Shown one piece after another: positions 59,119 through 64,000 of a stretch of DNA of 64,000 nucleotides (positions are counted from its first letter, which is position 1; the number at the start of each line of letters is the position of its first letter). The position numbers and the translations under genes were made by a program. The notes below the pieces were generated by a model. It was not told the DNA's origin. It ran no database searches and saw only the letters and a program-made list of their open reading frames with translations. Source of the DNA: Lachnospiraceae bacterium (GTDB lineage Bacteria; Bacillota; Clostridia; Lachnospirales; Lachnospiraceae); NCBI GenBank assembly GCA_009774615.1, contig VSOC01000002.1, positions 24,003 to 88,002 on the forward strand, read 5' to 3'.

Positions 59119-60306
59119 TTACAGCAATTTTATTTTTTCCAGGTTTGCGGCAATGCCGGCCAGAACTGCTGCCAGGATGCAGAAAGGATAAAGCAGAGGC
59201 AGACGGCAAATCCACGGATGAATCAAGGATAAAAGAAGCAGTACCAGCACTGCGGGATAAATACAGTTTAAGACGGGCAGAGAAAAAGCAAACACCAGTT
59301 CCGGACGAATGATGGTTACGGCAAAGCTGATACCGGAAAAAACCGCCGCCCAGACCGGATAAGGAAGTTTGGGAAACTGACGGGAAAATATATCACTGCA
59401 GCAGCAGATTAGCCCGGCACTGACATTTAAGCAGGAAATGAAAAAAATCACTGCCAGAAGGTAAAGGCCGTTTTTTCCGTAAAGTTCATTCGCGGCCCAG
59501 GAAAGGATCTCTGTTCCGTTCCTGGCTGCGGGAAGCCCGGTTCCGGCAAGGCTTCCGATAAAGGCCAGAACACCGTAAATCAGGGTGAGCAAAACACCGG
59601 CAATAAGCGCAGTGATAAAGGCTTCTCTGCGGATAAGGTTATCGGAAGTCACACCTTTTTCACGGATAGTCAATATAAAGACAACACTGCAGGCCAGGGA
59701 CATAACAACACCCATTCCCTGATAACCTTTTAGGAAGCCAAAAAGAAACGGATGCTCTGCAAAAGAAGGCGACAAAACGCTGCGCTGTCCCACAGGCCAG
59801 AAGACACAGCCGATAAAGATGAGGGCAATTAAAAATATAAGGCATGGAACCATCACTTTTCCTATGCGGTTGCTCAGCCTTTCCGGACGCAGACTGAACA
59901 GGTATACGAGAATAAAAAATCCCAGAAGGCAGCACCGATATAGGTTCTGGCTGGAGTTTTCTTCTATAAATAAAAGCAGGTTCAGAAGGCAGGAAGCCTG
60001 AGCTGCTTTAGGAAGGACAAAAAGAGGTCCCAAAAGCAGGGCAAACAGCAAAGGAAAAACAAGAGCACATCGGGGATGAATCCGTGCAGCCAGCTTATCC
60101 AGACCCCCGGCAGACACGGCTGCTCCTGCGCCCAAAAGAGGAAGGAAAACCCCGCTCACCCAAAAACCGGCCATCCCGCGCCAGAGGCTGCTGCCGGCAC
60201 AGAACCCCAAATAGGGGACGAATGGTAAACTGCCAGCACCCAAAAACATGGAAAATAAGGTAAATCCTATCCAAATCCGGTTGGCAAAAGATAGTTTTTG
60301 TTTCAT
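59119..60306 (-). CDS. brnQ: Branched-chain amino acid:cation symporter (LIVCS family), divergent
   Basis: GFTLFSMFLGAGSL, GPLFVLPK, IGKVMVP, FLKGYQGM, CLNVSAGL, IYPA. About 12 TM segments. Confidence 0.82.
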   Translation of the reverse strand: MKQKLSFANRIWIGFTLFSMFLGAGSLPFVPYLGFCAGSSLWRGMAGFWVSGVFLPLLGAGAAVSAGGLDKLAARIHPRCALVFPLLFALLLGPLFVLPKAAQASCLLNLLLFIEENSSQNLYRCCLLGFFILVYLFSLRPERLSNRIGKVMVPCLIFLIALIFIGCVFWPVGQRSVLSPSFAEHPFLFGFLKGYQGMGVVMSLACSVVFILTIREKGVTSDNLIRREAFITALIAGVLLTLIYGVLAFIGSLAGTGLPAARNGTEILSWAANELYGKNGLYLLAVIFFISCLNVSAGLICCCSDIFSRQFPKLPYPVWAAVFSGISFAVTIIRPELVFAFSLPVLNCIYPAVLVLLLLSLIHPWICRLPLLYPFCILAAVLAGIAANLEKIKLL

Positions 60307-60494
60307 AACCCTGTTCCCTTCTCTGCCTTCATTTTAGCTTTTCTAATCTTTACTTTTATTTTACCGTTTTCCCGGCAATTAATCAAGCCCGGTGTCAACT
60401 TTTTTGTTTTTGCCGGGCTTTTTTTATGCAATTTGTACAGTTTTGCTTTTTTGCCAACTGCATGGCTGTTTTGCTTTTTTCCTGTTATCTTCTT

Positions 60495-61952
60495 TTAACT
60501 GTTTTTGTAGGAATCCAAAAGAGCCTTCTTGATCTGCCAGAGTTCATTGGATAAATCGACATGAACCTTGTGGGGGTTGACCAGACGGCGGGATTCCTCC
60601 CAGAGCGTGGTTAACTCCTTTTTGCAGTACGCTTGGATATCCATGACCTTGGGCGAGGAATAGATGCAGGTTCCCTTCTTAAAGATTGGGACAAGAAGCT
60701 CCCGCATGGTATAGCTCTTTGGTGCCAGGTGGGTTTTTTTCCAGGTCTGTATCGGGTCGAAGAGCAGCAGGGAATTGGACTCGTCAAATTTTTCATCGGC
60801 AAGGCAGATTAAATCGGCAATAATTTTCCCGTTTTCCCGGCTGTAAATACGCTGAATCGTCTTATTTCCCGGATTGGTAATCTTCTCTGCATTTTCGGAG
60901 AGTTTGATTTTGGGGATGAATTTTTCGGTGGCTTCATCCTTTACTGCCGCCAGCTTATAGACGCCGCCAAAGGACGGGCAGTCCTTCGCGGTAATTAAAT
61001 TCGTTCCCACACCCCAGGAGTTAATGGCAGCGCCCTGCAGCTTTAAGCTGTTGATTAATTCCTCGTCCAAATCGTTGGAGGCGGAAATTACGGCATCGGA
61101 AAATCCGGCTTCGTCTAACATCTGCTTGGCCTGCTTGGAGAGGTAGGCCAGGTCGCCGCTGTCTAAGCGGATACCGTAAAAGGTCAGCGGGATACCCTCC
61201 TTGCGCATTTCCTTAAAGACCTGAATCGCATGGGGGACGCCGGAGTTTAAGGTGTCGTAAGTATCAACTAACAGGATGCAGGCGGAGGGATAAAGATGCG
61301 CGTAGGTACGGAAGGCCGTCAGTTCATCCGGGAAACTCATAATCCAGCTGTGGGCATGTGTCCCCTTTACCGGAACGTCAAACATCTGTCCGGTCAGCAC
61401 ATTGGAGGTTCCTATACAGCCGGCAATCATCGCCGCACGGGCACCGTAAATCCCCGCGTCCGGCCCCTGTGCCCGGCGCAGACCAAATTCCATCACCCCG
61501 TCACCCTGGGCTGCATGGACGATGCGGTAGGTTTTCGTGGCAATCAGGCTCTGGTGGTTAATAATGTTTAATAATGCCGTTTCCACCAACTGGGCTTCCA
61601 TAATCGGGGCAATGACCTTTACTAAGGGTTCCCGGGGAAATACCACAGTTCCTTCCGGGATAGCATAGATATCGCCCGAAAATTTAAAATGCAGCAGGTA
61701 GTCCAAAAAATCTTCCTGAAACATCCCGGTACTGCGCAGGTAGTCCACGTCCTCCTGGTCAAAGTGCAAGTTGTTGATGTATTCAATGACCTGTTCTAAG
61801 CCTGCGCAGATGGCAAAGCCGTTGCCGAATGGATTATTGCGGTAAAATACGTCAAAGACAACGGTTTTATTGGCATCCTTCTGTTTAAAATAGCCCTGCA
61901 TCATGGTCAGTTCATAAAAATCGGTTAGCAGCGTCAGGTTTCTTTGGTTCAT
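60495..61952 (-). CDS. pncB: Nicotinate phosphoribosyltransferase
   Basis: LLTDFYELTM, EFGLRRAQG, GTHAHS, LVDTYD, IRLDSGDL, GVYKL. Confidence 0.95.
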   Translation of the reverse strand: MNQRNLTLLTDFYELTMMQGYFKQKDANKTVVFDVFYRNNPFGNGFAICAGLEQVIEYINNLHFDQEDVDYLRSTGMFQEDFLDYLLHFKFSGDIYAIPEGTVVFPREPLVKVIAPIMEAQLVETALLNIINHQSLIATKTYRIVHAAQGDGVMEFGLRRAQGPDAGIYGARAAMIAGCIGTSNVLTGQMFDVPVKGTHAHSWIMSFPDELTAFRTYAHLYPSACILLVDTYDTLNSGVPHAIQVFKEMRKEGIPLTFYGIRLDSGDLAYLSKQAKQMLDEAGFSDAVISASNDLDEELINSLKLQGAAINSWGVGTNLITAKDCPSFGGVYKLAAVKDEATEKFIPKIKLSENAEKITNPGNKTIQRIYSRENGKIIADLICLADEKFDESNSLLLFDPIQTWKKTHLAPKSYTMRELLVPIFKKGTCIYSSPKVMDIQAYCKKELTTLWEESRRLVNPHKVHVDLSNELWQIKKALLDSYKNS

Positions 61953-62033
61953 GGGTGGGGTCTCCTTTTTGTCGGCGCAGGAGCGCTTTTTTTTCCAATC
62001 ATTATAACATAAATTTTGGGTATGGCAAGAGTA

Positions 62034-62051
62034 TTGTTAAAAAAATCACAA
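62034..62051. promoter_or_regulatory. Rex-like operator
   Basis: TTGTTAA-AAAA-ATCACAA against the Rex consensus TTGT(G/T)AA-N4-TT(C/A)ACAA. Confidence 0.5.
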
Positions 62052-62280
62052 ATTTTTTTGAAATTTTCAGGAAGTTCTTTTGTTAAAATTGAAGGACATT
62101 AGGGTTGATTTGGAACATAAAACATGGTAAAATTGCATAAAATCAGATGAACTATAAGGAGAAAAAACGAAAAAATTTATAACAAATGCCATATTTTAAG
62201 AAAAAGTAAAAATTGGGTCATTCGTCCTTTTTATTCCTGGGCTTTCTCCGGTATAATAGGGTTATACAAAGGGAGGGGCC

Positions 62281-63003
62281 ATGGAGATTTTTAAGGAACT
62301 GCCGTTAGCAAAACAGACATATATGGAAGTATTGTTCCAGAACTGCACAGAAGAAGTAAAGTATTATATGCGGGCGATGGAGGTCGGAGAGGATGAAACG
62401 CTGATTGAAGCAGGAGAGAAGTGCAGCAATATTTACATTATCTTATCCGGCAGGGCAACGGGGATTGAGTGGCCTATGCACAACCAGCCCTATTCCTTTA
62501 AAGATTACGGGCCGGGGGACTTTTTTGGGGAGATTGAATATTTTGCCGGTCTTTCTAATTATCGAATCAGTGTGGTAACGGCTACCCGCTGCCGCCTGCT
62601 CGTTATCCCGGTGGTCTACTATATGGAATGGCTGCAGACAGATGTGGATGCGCTGTGGATGCGGACGAAGGAAAATACGCGCCGTTTGGTCGAACAGACG
62701 TCCGAAGCCAGGAAATATCTGTTTATCGAGGGCAGGGAACGGCTGATGATGTATCTTATCCGCAAGTATGAACAGAAGCAGCCCGCGGGAAAGGTGCTGG
62801 AATTAAGACAGAACCGGGAACAGCTTTCGGAGGAAATCGGGTTTTCCGTAAAGACCTTAAACCGAAACATTAAAAAGCTGAAAGAGGCCGATTTGATTCA
62901 GATGCAAAAGGGAAAGGTCGTGATTGCCGAAGCCGGGTATCTGCGGATGAAGGAACATATGGGGAACTATGTCAACGACGAGATGGAACAAAACAATTCT
63001 TAG
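62281..63003 (+). CDS. Crp/Fnr-family transcriptional regulator
   Basis: cNMP-binding fold (YIILSG, GDFFGE) and C-terminal HTH REQLSEEIGFSVKTLNRNI. Confidence 0.9.
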   Translation: MEIFKELPLAKQTYMEVLFQNCTEEVKYYMRAMEVGEDETLIEAGEKCSNIYIILSGRATGIEWPMHNQPYSFKDYGPGDFFGEIEYFAGLSNYRISVVTATRCRLLVIPVVYYMEWLQTDVDALWMRTKENTRRLVEQTSEARKYLFIEGRERLMMYLIRKYEQKQPAGKVLELRQNREQLSEEIGFSVKTLNRNIKKLKEADLIQMQKGKVVIAEAGYLRMKEHMGNYVNDEMEQNNS

Positions 63004-63015
63004 GAGGGTGATTGA

Positions 63016-64000
63016 ATGTATGTAGGAAAGAATGCAACACGTGTGGATGCCCGCGATAAGGTACTGGGGCGCACAAAATATACGGATGATTTGTGTGATA
63101 AGTCGGCCTATATTGCCCAGGTGTATCACTCCACCATTGCCCACGGTCGGGTAATCTCGGTGGATATATCGGAGGCGGAAAAGATTCCGGGAGTGGTTAA
63201 GGTGTTTACCTGCTTTGATGTGAAGGAGAAGCATTATTTTCCGACGGCAGGGCATCCCTGGTCTACGGACCCGGCACACCAGGATGTGGCGGATCGGCTG
63301 ATTTTAACAGAAGAAGTCCGGTTTTACGGGGATGATATCGCGGCAGTCGTGGCAGAAGATGAAGTGGCGGCGGCAAAGGCAATCCGGGCGATTAAGGTGG
63401 AGTACGAGGAATATCCCTTTGTCCTGGATGTGCAGGAGGCGATGAAGGACGGGGCACCGCAGATTCATAAGGATTTTCCCCATAATATATTAAAGCATAC
63501 CACGATCCGCAAGGGAAATTATGAGGAAGCGATAAAGGAACCGGGGCTGGTAAAGGTCGAGGGCTGGTATGAAACGCCCACGGTGCAGCACTGCCATATC
63601 GAAAATTTTATCTGTTATGCGGAGATGGAAGGGGAGCGGATTACCGTGGTGGCCTCGACGCAGATCCCGCACATCGTCCGCCGTGTGGTCGGACAGGCGC
63701 TGGGCGTTGACTGGGGCAAGATCCGGGTCATTAAGCCTTATATCGGCGGAGGATTCGGCAATAAGCAGGATGTTTTGTACGAGCCGCTCTGCGCATGGCT
63801 GTGTATGCAGCTTGGCGGGCATCTGGTAAAATTAGATATTCCCAGGGAGGATACCTTTGTGACGAACCGGGTGCGCCATTCGATCCGCAGCCATATTATT
63901 TCCTGGGTTCGCCCGGACGGTACATACGCGGCGCGAAAGCTTGAAGCATTCTCCGATCAGGGGGCTTACGCCTCCCACGGACACAGCATCGTCGCCAAGG
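63016..64000 (+). CDS. xdhA: Xanthine dehydrogenase-family molybdenum-binding subunit (5' part, runs off the window)
   Basis: Not in the ORF track because it has no stop. MYVGKNATRVDARDKVLGRTKYTDDL, STIAHG, VRFYGD, VQHCHIE, STQIPH, GGGFGNKQ, QGAYASHG. Confidence 0.9.
   Translation, partial: MYVGKNATRVDARDKVLGRTKYTDDLCDKSAYIAQVYHSTIAHGRVISVDISEAEKIPGVVKVFTCFDVKEKHYFPTAGHPWSTDPAHQDVADRLILTEEVRFYGDDIAAVVAEDEVAAAKAIRAIKVEYEEYPFVLDVQEAMKDGAPQIHKDFPHNILKHTTIRKGNYEEAIKEPGLVKVEGWYETPTVQHCHIENFICYAEMEGERITVVASTQIPHIVRRVVGQALGVDWGKIRVIKPYIGGGFGNKQDVLYEPLCAWLCMQLGGHLVKLDIPREDTFVTNRVRHSIRSHIISWVRPDGTYAARKLEAFSDQGAYASHGHSIVAK

Overview
Ordinary chromosomal segment of an anaerobic Firmicute, most likely Lachnospiraceae/Clostridiales (inferred from gene content and order). 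About 45 CDS and one tRNA-Trp; no transposase, integrase, phage or CRISPR array. From left to right: a DUF1538 transporter with a PII-like partner; a flavinylated lipoprotein reductase of the fumarate-reductase type; glgX; a 14.5-kb LacI-controlled sugar locus (GH3, ABC importer, GH2 beta-glucuronidase, FGGY kinase, HAD, ulaE, unknown beta-rich protein, araD/ulaF, ulaG, but no PTS and no ulaD); an SGNH-DUF4358-MBOAT-DHHW acylation operon; tRNA-Trp; PPi-type pfk; a His-less HPr homologue; a nuclease-DinG helicase; LysR; a truncated sigma70-like protein; purL; aspartokinase; PPK2-pap-HI0933-cmk-ispH-rpsA; ilvN/ilvC; LysR; leuCD; a cell-wall hydrolase; a membrane protein plus NarL-type two-component system; a DD-carboxypeptidase; a divergent sirtuin, brnQ, pncB; Crp/Fnr and a partial xdhA. 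The least explained signals are non-coding. (1) A dispersed family of very small elements with GTTAC...GTAAC ends: six copies of 20-132 bp, two with perfect and three with 6/8 8-bp target duplications, and the 26-bp form is nested at the left end of the 132-bp form. (2) A 166-nt hairpin bounded by CTAG in the purL leader whose non-Watson-Crick pairs are only G-U or purine-purine. (3) A candidate ~100-nt structured RNA convergent on the truncated sigma gene. (4) A palindromic in-frame insertion in the MBOAT gene. (5) Recurrent tandem duplications anchored on stop codons. All calls were made by eye; none was checked against a database.
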